Shown here one piece after another: positions 12,410-26,780 of a stretch of 64,000 nt of DNA. Source of the stretch: Macrostomum lignano (Eukaryota). Where the stretch lies: contig NIVC01000831.1 of assembly GCA_002269645.1 (NCBI GenBank), forward strand, positions 157,554 to 221,553, given 5' to 3'. The notes under the pieces are model-generated. The model was not told the origin of the DNA, did not search any database, and saw only the letters and a list, made by a program, of their open reading frames with translations. A program made the translations under genes and the position numbers. Numbering within the stretch: the first letter of the stretch is position 1; each line of letters opens with the position of its first letter.

Positions 12410-12675
12410 GTTTCTGAACCAGCCTCCCAGTTCCTCAGTTTCTGAACCAGCCCCCAGTTCCTCAGTTGCTGGGCCAGCCTCCCAGATCCTCAGTTGCTGG
12501 ACCAGCCTCTCAGATCCTCAGTTGCTGGGCCAGCCTCTCAGATCCTCAGTTGCTGGGCCGGCCTCCCAGATCCTCAGTTGCTGGGCCGGCCTCCCAGATC
12601 CTCTCGTTGCTGGGCCGCCAGCCTCCCGGATTCCCAGTTGCTCGAACAGCCTCCCAGATCCTCAGTTGCTGGGCC
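12410..12675. repeat. ~28-bp minisatellite (ccagcctcccagatcctcagttgctggg), same family as 34000-34545
   Basis: Tandem units; the same unit recurs in MXD intron 3. Confidence 0.88.
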
Positions 12676-13252
12676 ACCCTAACAGCAAACGAAGAAGCGG
12701 AAATGAATTTTTTTGAATGTGAATTTCTTGCTCCCGTTTTCAAATTTCAGTCTCGAGGCCGAACATCATGTTTGCCGTGCCGGACTTGAATCAGCAACTG
12801 GTACCGTAGCTATTTGCAATTAGTATTTGTATTTAAGAACTTTTAATATTTTTTAAACCGTTTTCTCGCATTTTATCAATGAGCAGTTGTTTTTATAAAT
12901 TGAAATTGAAAATAAGCATTTATTGTGACATGAAACGTCAAATATGTTTTTTATTATGATTGTGCTAATGTACGACGATCGACTGACTACAACAGCTGAG
13001 GTTTACATATTGCTCTAATTAACGAAGCAAATATTTTATATAGCTGGAAAATACGTCTTGAACAGATTTGTTAATATGCATTTGTCAGTTTTATTTGCAC
13101 TGTACTGCATGCATGTACTCTCTGGGGTTTGACGAATATTAGAACTAATTAGAGCTGTTTCATCATTTAGACAACTGTCAGAAAACTGTTTCAAATCATT
13201 GATACCGGATTTCTTCTCTGGGTGCGATGGCCGACTCAAGCGGCCAAGCTTT

Positions 13253-15690
13253 TCACGGTAGCACAGAGAAAAACTCATTGATTTCGGCCAGCGTCATTGA
13301 CTCATTGAGGTGTTGGCAACAGCCACGGCCCGAACAACTCCATTGAGACTGGCGCCTTCTCCGGTAAACCTGCGACCCACCGACAAAAACTGGCAGGGCA
13401 GCTGATGATTGGCATTCCAATTGTCTTCGTTGACAGAGACAAAATTGCCGTTAAAGTACATTGACGAAAGGGCGAAGTTGCCGGCTTTGACGGTGACCCC
13501 GATGTTGATCCACGACTCGTTGCTGGCTGGCAGCAGATTTTGATGGTCGGAGTACAGCACGAACCTGTTGCTTTCGGAATTTGATATCATCTTTGCAAAG
13601 TAAACTCGATTAGCCGAATCGTACTCCCAAACGTGGGCCCCATACGTAACCCAGTCTGAGCAGGACACAGCCTCCATGAAGGGCTGGATCCTCGGCTGCC
13701 TCCTAAGCCTCATCAGCCACGTGAAGCTGGCCGACGGGTCGCTCGAGACGAAGCGAGTACGACGATGTCCCGTCGAAGCGGGCGCCCTCCTCAGTCCACT
13801 GCAGGTTCGCGCTCTCCAGTCGGTGGCCGCCGCCGCCGCCGCTGTCGCTCTGGCACACCAGGTTGCTGAACCGGCTGCTCCCACCTGCCAGCCACACGCC
13901 CACCAGCTGAGCGTCGAGCGAGGCGTCGCAGCTCGCCAACGACAACGCACGATACACCGAGCACTGCGACTGCTGCACTGCAGCTCCAGCTCCGATCGCG
14001 ACGGCACCGCTTGCCTGCATCGTGCGACACCTGCTGGTAGTAGGGGGCGACCCAGTCCCGGGCCCGGGCCCGAAAAGTCGGGAATCCCGACCAAAATCGT
14101 GGCCCGACCCGGGCCCGGGCCCGACCCTAAAAAAGTCGGGAAATCGGGACAAGTCTTTTTTCCCTAAAGGCACTAACCGCGTGCGAATAAGAATAAAATT
14201 ATTTTTCAACATATTCACACTAATTTACGTTTAATTCCAGCCCCAGGAAAATGCAACTGCAACTGCAACTGTCTGTGACCGTGAGTGTCAGCCACAGCAG
14301 TTTCCACTTTCCAGGAAGATCGGATTTTTTTCCAGGAAGATAAAATTAAAACAGTTTTGCAATACTTTTTTGCAATATTGATTCCACTTTACACGCTGCA
14401 GGCTGCAGCCTAAAAGCAAAAATATGATTCTTTAAAAAGTTGATTTGTCATTTTTAAGCTTTTGTAAATAACATTTCCTATTTACATTCCAAGAAGTACC
14501 TATTAAGGGCCAAGGCAACCATTTTTCCAAGAAGTTTGCTATCTATCAGTATCAGAGTTTGTAATCGTGTTCATATTTGTATCGTATTCGTAGGTAGTCG
14601 TAGTCGTAGACTCATAGTATCGTATTCGTAATCATATTCGTTTAGGTGGGTAGGTGAGCAGGTAGGCAGGTATCAGCTAATTACTTGTATTTCCATTGTC
14701 TGTTTGCCTGTTCTGTTGAGACAGTTGAGTGTTGTGTTGTGTTGTCACTTCATTTGTGTTCTGCTCTGTTGTCTTGTCTTGTTGTCTTACTGAATACTGA
14801 CTGTGTACATGGCTCTTTACATTGAAGCTATGTAAAGGAACTAAAAATTCAAATAAAAGAATCAATCAATTGATTTGGTTCTTACTTGCTTAATGCTTCC
14901 AATGCCAAGTGCCTTACACTTAATGCTTCAGCTTTTCTTCTTTTTGATTACTGCCACTGCCAGTGCCAGCCGCACTGCCGCAGTGCCTGCTTGCCTACCT
15001 CACTGCCTGTTAGTGTCATTGTCACTGGCACACACACAGTACTTGTGCCACACAGGGACATTGAATTTGAACTATTGAGTATATTGATATTTGAGTATTA
15101 AGTCTTTTAATGTAACTCTTATCTATTCTGAAGTCGTAACTAATGTATTAAATAATAATAATATTTATTATATTTATATATTATTATATATTTAATGTAT
15201 TTATATATTATAATATATTTGATGTTTATCATATATTTATTATACATTTAATATATTATATTAAATTTAAAAATTCATATATTTATTATATATTTAATAG
15301 TAATCCGCATATGCTAAAAGTATTAAGATTTATTATGATTTTTTTCCAATTATTGAGCTGTCCTAAAGATCTTGTCCCGAATTCCCGAGGCCCGACCCGG
15401 GCCCGAGTCCTCATTCCCGGGCCCGACCCGGGCCCGACTTTGGCCGTCCCGGTCGCCCCCTACTGGTAGTGGAAGAGCGAGCACACACCTGTCTGCTTGT
15501 TCCACTCAAGCACCAGGTCGTCAGGCTCGCTGCTCGCTTTCAACACGCAGGCTTGCAGGCTTTGCGAGCTCCATCGAGTCAGCGCCGAGGTCTCGTCGAG
15601 GCAGTGCGGCATTCGGTACTGGCACCAGCGTCTGCTGCAGCTCGTTGCCGAGTCAGCAAGAGGCAACAGCAGAAGAAGAGCGGCTGTCAT
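13253..15690 (-). pseudogene. disrupted gene for a secreted protein: signal peptide, Cys-rich PAN/apple-like domain, LamG/concanavalin A-like domain
   Basis: ATG at 15690 gives MTAALLLLLPLADS (signal peptide) and a Cys-rich segment ending GVCSLFHY. After the 14041-15462 insertion come LVGVWL...GARFDGTSSY, then FTWLMRL...WINIGVT...MYFNG...LSVG...LNGVVRAVAVANTSM(TLAEINEFF), which are LamG3-type motifs. Lesions: the transposon, a frameshift near 13755, and an 8-bp duplication at 13294-13309. Confidence 0.75.
14041..15462. mobile_element. non-autonomous hAT-like DNA transposon inserted in the PAN/LamG gene
   Basis: TIR tagggggcgacc / ggtcgcccccta, subterminal cccgggcccg repeats, TSD ctggtag at 14034-14040 and 15463-15469. 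Confidence 0.88.
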
Positions 15691-16329
15691 GATGATTTTG
15701 CAGCTGTGGGTTTTGCCCGGTGATTCCATTTTGCTTAGCGGCTTAGCGGTACTGAGCATGAGATGTTGCGCGTGGGTTTTTGCCGTCGGCTTTTTGCCGA
15801 CTAAATTGCTTCAGCTTGTCTTCTCTGGCTCTCCGTAGCGACGGGAGCAGCGGAGTGGGGAGGGGAGTGGCTTGGATGTTGCGACAGGGGAGCTCGCTTG
15901 TTTGGTATGAGATGCGGGCAAAGCGTTGATGGGCTGCGCTCGGGTACTCAGTGGGGTGGCCAGCAATTGCCATTAATCAGCTGCATTTTATTTGACGCGG
16001 AGGCCACAGCTCTGCAGGCTTCCTGCGTCATCATCGCTATTGAAGTTGCTTTATGTCTCTTGATCGGTCCCCATCGACGTGATTCCCATCCCCATCCTCC
16101 TATTTCCTGATCAGTTGTTGCAGCTCTATGCATTTTTAATGAGCTCACTGGTGGGATGAGCTGCGGGCCTTGGCTGTTTTCATAGCCATCGGCTGCTAGG
16201 GTGCAATGCAAGGGTTGAGAGGCAGCTACAGGTATATCTGCGTTGTGGCCTGGATGATAGGCAAGATCGAAATTCAAACCTTATCTGTTCTACTTACTCA
16301 GTAGTATTCGGCGAATGTCTCTTGGCTTT

Positions 16330-16830
16330 ACTTACTTAATTTAGCTTAGGTGGTTCCAGGCATCCGGATACAGCGGAGGTATAGTCTAGGTATAGAGGTA
16401 TAGGTGAGCTGTCCCTGAGTAAAGGCGGGGCATTCACAGATGAAGTGCTTTGCATTCTCAACACCGGAGAAGCAGAATGGGTGTGCCTCTCACTGCGGAT
16501 TCTTCCGCAGGCCTGAGAGGTCCATGATCACCGCCCTGATATCCCTTCGGTTTGGTCCAAGCAGGGCCCTGCATGCAATATACAAAGAAGTTTTGTTAGA
16601 TTTAAAATTTGCAAGGCTGAAAAGTGCAGTTGCAATCAAATCATTTCGAAGTCGATTTGAACTCAAACATGGATTCTCAACAACCCATTGAGCCATAAAT
16701 TTAACCACCCTAACCCTGAGTATATGTATATGCAATAATATCCGCAGGAGGGCTGTATACTCACTCTCGCAGAAGGCCTTCAGCGACATGGTCTCACAAC
16801 CAGAGCTGAGGCAATTCCGCCCCTTTCCAC
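16330..16830 (-). mobile_element. decayed 3' end of a non-LTR retrotransposon (C-terminal CCHC knuckle; I/R1/ingi-group-like)
   Basis: Minus strand reads ...RALLGPNRRDIRAVIMDLSG...*EAHPFCFSGVENAKHFICECPAF, resembling the LINE ORF2 C-terminal C-x-x-C...E...H...CP motif, with stops. Confidence 0.5.
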
Positions 16831-16873
16831 TGACTACTGAGCACATACAAGCAGTACTGTATGCAGACACACA

Positions 16874-17522
16874 CAGTGGTCGTGGCGGTGGCGCGAATTC
16901 GCGCCTGCGCGAAAATGGCGCGAATACGCGAATTCTGTGACCATGGCGCGAAAAATGCGGATGGCTAATGGCGCGAAAATATGAAAAATATTCCCCCATT
17001 TTTGCGCTATTTTTTCATTAAGAAGCTTTAAACTCCAGGCACCCATTTGAATAATTAAATTTCATGATGTTCTGCACCTCCATAACTATTTTTACCTTCA
17101 TATTCACATGTGCATGTCTGAATTTGTTGGGTATTCTTAGCTGTATATACATACATGCGCAACAGTCGGCCGAGTCGGCCGATCCGGCCGACCGATTTGG
17201 CGGCCAATCAAGGAAGTCGCAAAAATGCCCACCCAAAAAATAACCTGAATAGTAGTACTAAGTAGCTGACGAGGCATTTTAGCTTAATAAAACAGTCATA
17301 GTTACTCCTGCCGTTTACCCAAAGTTGCGTTAATTTTGCTTTCGGGTTTTTTATATGTAAGTCGCATTTTTGGCCAAAAACTACGTCGCATTTTTGTTAA
17401 AACTAAGTCGCACGACTGACCGAATTTTGGAGGTTGCACATGTATGTGTATATATAGATACCTTTGGCGCGAAAAAATTTGGGTGGCGCGAAAATTTAGA
17501 AGGAGACCCGCCACGACCACTG
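16874..17522. mobile_element. hAT-like MITE with a nested MITE
   Basis: TIR cagtggtcgtggcgg / ccgccacgaccactg, TSD gacacaca / gacacgca (7 of 8 identical), subterminal ggcgcgaaaa repeats. Confidence 0.82.
17150..17446 (-). mobile_element. MITE family A, copy 2, containing a 28S rRNA-like segment (17257-17320)
   Basis: TIR catacatgcgcaac / gttgcacatgtatg in TA-rich flanks. Homologous to 2879-3133 in the opposite orientation. Confidence 0.75.
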
Positions 17523-18201
17523 GACACGCACTATCTGGCATACACATGCTCACACAGGGTGCACTGTGACTTTCGAATCGTCGAGCTTTCCAAAGGGGTC
17601 GCCCTTCAAAAACCAGAATCGTACGACAAACCACCCGGCAATTTTTTTCTTTCGCGAGACCCCAAGGTAACTAGACTGCACACGTCAGTGACTTCGGCAC
17701 GAGAGTTTGGATATCCTTGATGCATAATTTGACACTGCTACATGTACATGCAGATATAGTAGCGCAGGCTGTGTGGAACACTGTCACCGTCTGAAAGCTG
17801 TATAAACAAGGCTGTTTGCTTCTTAACTCTCGGAGACAAGTTTTAGCTAAACAGTATAAAGAAGTACAGCATGGCCCATGCTGTAGACGCACAGCAATAT
17901 GCACAATAATGTGCACCTTTGACGCTTTCTTCTGCCGTAGCAGCGGTTTTATCTGCTGAATTTCTGTGCGCAAAGTATTCTAATTATAGCTCTGACTCAC
18001 CTGCAGGCGCACTCCTGTTGTTAAGTAAAGCGAAACTGCCCATGAGGTGAACTCGCGACAGGCTACACAGCACCTCGTCTGACCACGCCATTCAATCTTT
18101 ATAAACGGCCCTACTGAAAAGAAGAGAGGCTCGAGAAAAGAAACTCGTCTGCATCTGCCTACACAAAGCTCTTAAAAAGTTATTGGCAGAAAGAAAGAAG
18201 T

Positions 18202-19573
18202 ATGAGCTCACAAGTAGCGTCTCTGGACGAGGTGTCCATAAATTCGATCAACATCGAAGCGGCGTCGATTGAATCGTCACCTGTTGATGCTGAAATCAAC
18301 GAAGCCGTCATTGCGTCCGCCCTTGAGATAATGGACAGTCCGGAGCAGATGGCGGCGCTGTCAGATGAAGATCGACAGCGGGTGTTGGAAATTACTCGCA
18401 ATTACTTCGGAGAACATCGAGACAGCGATGTCTCTGAAACTGAAGAGCGCTCGTCCGCTGGCAGTGAAGCTACCGACGACAACCTCCAGTCTGTGATGCA
18501 GGAAGCGAGCTTGGCGCTGACCATGCGGCTGCTGCACGAGGAGCTGGGCGACGCCATGTTCGCCGACCTGCCCCGCTCGTCGCTTTTCGACATCGTCCAC
18601 TCGATCGGCAAAGTTGCCTGCGCAAACGGAGAGCCCGTAGTGGAACTGCTGGAGTGCAGCTCTGCTGCGAACATCCTGCCGAGACTGCAGGCCTGGCCCG
18701 CCTGCCACCAGCAGCTGCAGGACAGCGCGGCGAGCTCCGAATTTTACAACCTGTTCACCGCGTCGATGCACGAGCTCAGCGAGCGGGCCGGAACCCGGGA
18801 CGAGTCGGAAGGCGAGTACAGGCTGGGCCAGTGCGACATCTGCTGCAGCGAGGACGACAGCCTGCTGTGGCTCGGCGGCTGCTGCCAGACCTCCGTCTGC
18901 GTGTTCTGCCTGCACCGCTGGCTCACTGACCACCTGATGGAGGTGGGCGCGAAGCTCGGCTGCCCGGGCTGCTCAGCCGTGCTGACGGTGCCGCAGCTGC
19001 GCCACCTGCTCAGCGACTCGGCCATGAATCGACGAGAGCAGCTGCTCGCCAGACAACGCGGCGGCAACAGCAGCAGCGAACGAGACTGTCCGAGGTGCAG
19101 CTGTCTGACCCAGCGTCCCAGCAGGCGGATGCGGCTGCGCAACGGCAGGTGGCAGAAGGAGCACGGAGGCGTCACGGTGAAGTGCGCCCAGTGCGACTAC
19201 GTCTGGTGCTTCGACTGTCACTCGCCGGCGCATCCGGGACTCTCGTGCCGCAGGTTCCGGTCGGGAGTGCACCTGCTGGAGGACTGGGCCAAGCAGTTGG
19301 AGCAGTCGGGTCTGAGGAAGGCCCGCCGGTGTCCGAAGTGCAAGGCGATGATTGAGAAAAACGACGGCTGCAATCACATGACGTGCGCGCACTGCGAGCA
19401 CGAGTTCTGCTACCTGTGCAGAAAGCGGTGGCGGATTCCGCAGCTGAAGATCCCCTATTTCCGCTGGAGCGTGTTCGGCTCGCATTCGAATCGGCTGAGC
19501 GTGTTCGGCTGCCGTGAGAAGTTCCTGCCCAACAGGCCGAGACTTCGACGACTCGTTCGAGGCTCCCTTTTCG
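18202..19573 (+). CDS. RNF217: RBR (RING-IBR-RING) E3 ubiquitin ligase, RNF217-like, exon 1
   Basis: RING1 CDICC...CCQTSVCVFC...CPGC, IBR CPRC...CAQCDYVWCFDCHSPAH, RING2 CPKCKAMIEKNDGCNHMTCAHCEHEFCYLC, followed by the RNF217-like LSVFGC...P.RPRLRRLVRGS. Donor TTC G|gtaag at 19573. Confidence 0.9.
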
Positions 19574-19686
19574 GTAAGAGTCGCCGTCCAGAGGACTGCA
19601 ACGATCGTAAAGCAGTGAACGGACGACCATAATAATTATGATTTCATTCTGAATGTTCAGTCAGAACTTGATATTGATTATTTCAG

Positions 19687-19841
19687 TTCTGCGCATCCTT
19701 GGACTCATCCTGGTGCCAACAGTCGGCCTGTCGGTCCTGCTGGCCGCGGCTGTCGCTCTGGTGGCAGTGGCGATCCCGCTCTCCCCGGTTATTGTCGCGG
19801 TGGTTGTGACGCTTACTTTAAAATCCCATCGCGTTGAGTAG
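19687..19841 (+). CDS. RNF217: RNF217-like, last exon (C-terminal transmembrane anchor)
   Basis: tttcag|TT acceptor completes phase 1. Hydrophobic VLRILGLILVPTVGLSVLLAAAVALVAVAIPL, then stop TAG. Confidence 0.85.
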
Positions 19842-20388
19842 TGTCAGACTGAATATTAACTTTTTGCTATAAAACTGCCTTTTTAATTGAGCTTTCATTG
19901 AATCTGTGGTAAATTATTAAAAAGGTTCAGATCTACAATACGCTTTAATTATATGGTTTGGGTCTGATAGGTTTTCAGAAAAATATCAGCTCTAGACAAT
20001 TGTAGGTTTATATCTACTTTTCACTCTTGAATATTCTCATATTTCGTATTGAATGATGCTTATTTATACTTCCAGTGACTCTCTGTTGCCGTTGAGTTTT
20101 AATTAATGCATAATTCATGTAAAATAACTGATTAGAACATTAAGTACTCGTAAAATTGAGTTCTTATATTTTTTTGCTGTAAGTTCCCGATTGTACAGTT
20201 TCAAAGCCAAGAATTTTTTGGCATGTCTGTTAGGTAAATAAACTGAAAATGTTATAAAAGTATTCCAAGGGCAACGCCATGGATTTTATGGTGGAAGGGG
20301 GACAAAGCCAAGAATTCAACATGTACATACATGGTACATGACTAAATTTCAACATTTCCATTATTTTGAGAAACGTGTTCTCTGCGCT

Positions 20389-21260
20389 CATTTTAGCGCC
20401 ACAGGCACTCATTTTAGCGCCGCAGGCACTCATTTTAGCGCCACAGGCACTCATTTTGGCGCCACAGGCACTCATTTTAGCGCCGCAGGCACTCATTTTA
20501 GCGCCGCAGGCACTCATTTTAGCGCCGCAGGCACTCATTTTAGCGCCGCAGGCACTCATTTTGGCGCCGCAGGCACTCATTTTAGCGCCGCAGGCACTCA
20601 TTTTAGCGCCGCAGGCACTCATTTTAGCGCCGCAGGCACTCATTTAAGCGCCACAGGCACTCATTTTAGCGCCACAGGCACTCATTTTAGCGCCACAGGC
20701 ACTCATTTTAGCGCCGCAGGCACTCATTTTAGCGCCGCAGGCACTCATTTTAGCGCCACAGGCACTCATTTTGGCGCCACAGGCACTCATTTTGGCGCCA
20801 CAGGCACTCATTTTAGCGCCACAGGCACTCATTTTAGCGCCGCAGGCACTCATTTTAGCGCCACAGGCACTCATTTTGGCGCCACAGGCACTCATTTTAG
20901 CGCCGCAGGCACTCATTTTGGCGCCGCAGGCACTCATTTTGGCGCCGCAGGCACTCATTTTAGCGCCGCAGGCACTCATTTTAGCGCCGCAGGCACTCAT
21001 TTTAGCGCCGCAGGCACTCATTTTAGTGCCGCAGGCACTCATTTTGGCGCCGCAGGCACTCATTTTGGCGCCGCAGGCACTCATTTTAGCGCCGCAGGCA
21101 CTCATTTTAGCGCCGCAGGCACTCATTTTGGCGCCGCAGGCACTCATTTTAGCGCCGCAGTCACTCATTTTAGCGCCGCAGGCACTCATTTTGGCGCCGC
21201 AGGCACTCATTTTGGCGCCGCAGGCACTCATTTTGGCGCCGCAGGCACTCATTTTGGCAC
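20389..21260. repeat. 21-bp minisatellite (gcactcattttagcgccgcag)
   Basis: Highly homogeneous tandem array that produces spurious 7-aa periodic ORFs. Confidence 0.95.
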
Positions 21261-22071
21261 CCTGAAGAAAAATTATTGATTACCACAACTGGTCACGCGC
21301 CTGAGGATTCTGACTATATTGTTATCAATATTTTCAATAATTGAAGTTGACAATTTCGTCCTGTTGGTCCTGTTGGATCTGCATGCAACTGGATATAAAG
21401 TAGCACAATGCAAAACTGAATTATAAAGAGTGCCAAAAAAATTTGATATGAGTGAAAATTATTTTGAGCCCAAACTATTTTAGATTAATTTGTAACGCTA
21501 AAATTATTTGAAAATTTGCGTACAAAATCTGTTTCAAGTGAAAAAAAAGTTCTTTCAATTTGCATGAGAAGTTTAACGCAGGTACTAATTTAGAAAGTTG
21601 AGTTTCAAAAACGAAAAAAATGTAATTCCATGAGCATATAGAAGCAAAAATAGTTTACGTCACTGTGAATTTACCGGTACGCTCGTACTTGCTAAAAATA
21701 TCTTTTAAAAACTGCCGACAGCCGATTTTTAACCATTTTAGCAACAGAATTTGTGTTTTTGCACCTAAAAATAGCTTTTTTCATGTAATACTAACCGGAC
21801 TAATAATGTACATGGAGAGTATTTACGTCATTCTTATCGCAGGCATGCGCAAAATGTTTTACTAACAGTAGAATAATAATGTTTGTTAATTTATTTTTGA
21901 TAAGTTTACATTCTCTTTTGATAGAATAAGTGAAGTGACTTTACACTCTAGAACACATTTACCTGCTACGAGCGTAGTTATTTTTTCAAGTTAGTTACTT
22001 TGCCAGTTAGACTTTGGAACAGTATTGTCTCACGGGTGTAGGGCTGCTGTTCAAAGTGAAGTTGTGTTTAT

Positions 22072-22752
22072 TAGATCAATTTGCATGTCTAACAGGTGAA
22101 TTTGAGTATCTAACAGGTGAATTTGAGTATCTAACAGGTGAATTTGAGTGCCTAACAGGTGAGGTCACGTGTCTAACAGGTGAATTTGAGTGTCTAACAG
22201 GTGAGGTTGCGTGTCTAACAGGTGAGGTTACATGTCTAACAGATATGGTTACATGTCTAACAGATGGGGTTACATGTCTAACAGATGGGGTTACATGTCT
22301 AACAGATGGGGTTACATGTCTAACAGATGGGGTTACATGTCTAACAGGTGAGGTTACATGTCTAACAGATAGGGTTAAATGTCTAACTGGTGAGGTTACA
22401 TGTCTAACAGATAAGGTTACATGTCTAACAGGTGAGGTTACATGTCTAACAGGTGAGGTTACATGTCTAACAGGTGAGGTTACATGTCTAACAGGTGAGG
22501 TTACATGTCTAACAGGTGAGGTTACATGTCTAACAGGTGAGGTTACATGTCTAACAGGTGAGGTTACGTGTCTAACATCTGAGGTTACAGGTCTAACAGA
22601 TGGGGTTACATGTCTAACAGGTGAGGCTACATGTCTAACACCTGAGGTTAGGTGTCTAACACCTGAGGTTAGGTGTCTAACGGGTGAGGTTAAGTGTCTA
22701 ACAGGTGAGGTTAGGTGTCTAACAGGTGAGGTTAGGTGTCTAACAGGTGAAT
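22072..22752. repeat. 21-bp minisatellite (gtctaacaggtgaggttacat)
   Basis: Tandem array with 7-aa periodic ORF CLTGEVT. Confidence 0.93.
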
Positions 22753-23827
22753 TGCGTACACAAAGGTGAACAAATTAGGCTTGTCTAACAGCACATATCT
22801 AGCTGCAGATGGAAGTCACTGATCACCTGTTAAGTGTGTGTTTTATCAATAACTGGCCATAGATTCTGGTTTACACATGACAAATTGCATCACAGATCAT
22901 AAGCGCGCTGCACCTCTGCGGTTCTAAAAAACTTGATCCACACTGACCTTCAAGTGTTTTCTGTATGTGTATGTGAATTTAAACAAGGCCCATATTGCAG
23001 GATTACATTAGGGAAGCCGCCCCTGGTCAAGTTTTGCTAGTCTTGCTTCGATCCAATCCAATTAATTTGTCGGTTACAGAACGCTCAGAATGCTAATGAG
23101 GCCGAGTCACTCGATTGTTTCTTATAAACAAGCGAGTTTTAGGTCACTTATAATTAAGGCCCCCGCAGGGAAGCTGATCGAACAAATCAAACTACGCGAG
23201 GAACCAGAAGCTTTGATTAATAAATATAGCTCGTAGTATTAAGCAACAAGTTGAAAACTCCCACAGCCAGAAATATTGACAAACCAGAAGCAATACTAGC
23301 CATGCAGAGAAAACAGATTAGTAAAACAAACGTGAGAAACACAGCGACTGAAGTGGTTGCTAACCAAGGCAGAGAAAAACACGTTTAGAGTGTGCCTTTG
23401 CATTCTAATGCTTTGCATTCACTTTTGCTACTCGCTTCTGATGGCCTACAGGCTCTGCTCTGAGTCAGCCAAAGGAAAGTTCAAGAAAAAAACGCCAAAT
23501 TTCTTGTGCAGAATAAATGTTTGCCTTCTTCTATGTAGCTACATGCATGTATGATACGACCGGGTGCCACGCTGCTTCTGGCATGCAGGCCGGCTGCTAG
23601 CAGATGCGGGATTGAAGCCATTCGACTCCGCGAGGCATGGAGGGCCGGCGGTGGGGGAGGGGGCGCGGCCCACGACTGAAAGCAAGGAAAGGATCAAGTT
23701 TCCCTGAGACATGCTGGCTGGCAGCACAGCAGCTCGAGATGGGAGAGTGACAGGGCCGGATATGAGGAATCAATTGGCGCTCCTGCCTCTCCTTCGGATT
23801 AATGGACAGTTCGTGGACACTATCTGA

Positions 23828-25716
<1,889 letters not shown>

Positions 25717-25799
25717 CATCCGCCTCTCCCTTGTTCTATCTCTCCCTGTCTTAATCCTAGCCTTCGCTTAGCCTTAAGCCTATGTTGATCTGAGGCAAA

Positions 25800-26560
25800 A
25801 TCTTAATCCGCATCCCCAACCTGCCCTGGAAGTCATGCTGCGCTGTCATAGGAAGTGTTTCAGCGGAGATTAAAATCCGGAGCGTTGCATTTCTTGCTGA
25901 GCACGAGCAGTAGCATGCAAAAATCTGTAATATTTTATTGCACAGCGCAGCGACTTGGCGTGCCAGGCTTTTCAATGCAAAGCATGAGTGACACGCCACA
26001 TTGCATGCGTCTCATATCGCATTTGACGGAGCCCGCCTCGCCGTTTGCTTCAAAGCAATCCTATTTAGAACTGAAAGCTACGCGAACGCATTGAAACAGA
26101 GTAGATATTGGCCTAAACGCTTGTGTTTGCTTTGCCACACTACAGAACAATGGGCACTGTTCTTGAGACCAAGCCTCAACCTTGGGCGTGGCTTACTACA
26201 TTCTTCTCTGATGGCCTTGTGCATCTTGGGCTGGGTACGGCTAGCCAGCTCCAGTTTCACAACACACAGTTTGATGATCGGATATCGCATACCTGCCTGG
26301 CCTTCGGAAGTTTGGAGTTTTATAGAAGACAGTATTATACTGCTAAATACGAATTCTGGCTGGGACTCCGCTGTTTACCGACTAGCATGCGGTGTTAGAG
26401 AGGCGAGGAGAGACAGATAACTATAGTCTATTTGTGTGCTAATATGACACGTCAAGAATTGTTTGATATAAGAATAAGGTCGATTCGAGGTAGGAAGGCT
26501 CATAAGAGCAGTAAAGGCTTTATAAGCACCTACGAGCGTAGATCGGGGGTCGGCAAACTT
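25800..26560 (-). mobile_element. decayed LINE reverse transcriptase fragment (CR1/L2/Jockey-like)
   Basis: Minus strand has YKAF...YIKQFLTCHISTQID...VNSGVP, resembling the RT motifs DxSKAF, WIKSFL..R.Q.V and V.SGVPQGS, with frameshifts. Confidence 0.45.
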
Positions 26561-26584
26561 CTGGGGCCCAGTCAGGGGCCAGCG

Positions 26585-26780
26585 CACTCGAGGAGGGGAA
26601 GTGGATAGGTAAAAGAGAATAGAGAAGAGATAGGAGAGAGAGACGACGAGAGGAAAGATATGAGAGGAGAGGAGAGAAAAGAGAACATAGAAGAGAGAAT
26701 AGGAGAGTAGAGAAGGAGAGGAGAGAGGAGAGAAAATAAAAACTATAGGAAATCCGAGAGAAGAGAACCGAGAAGGGAGA
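26585..26780. repeat. GA-rich low-complexity tract
   Basis: Degenerate agagg/agaga repeats. Confidence 0.7.

Noticed and set aside
12750-12810. Isolated exon-like segment (tttcag|...ATG TTT GCC GTG...CTG|gtacc)
   Set aside because: No recognisable homology and no compatible neighbouring exons.
18180-19630. Antisense and alternative-frame ORFs over RNF217
   Set aside because: Expected shadows of a GC-rich coding exon.
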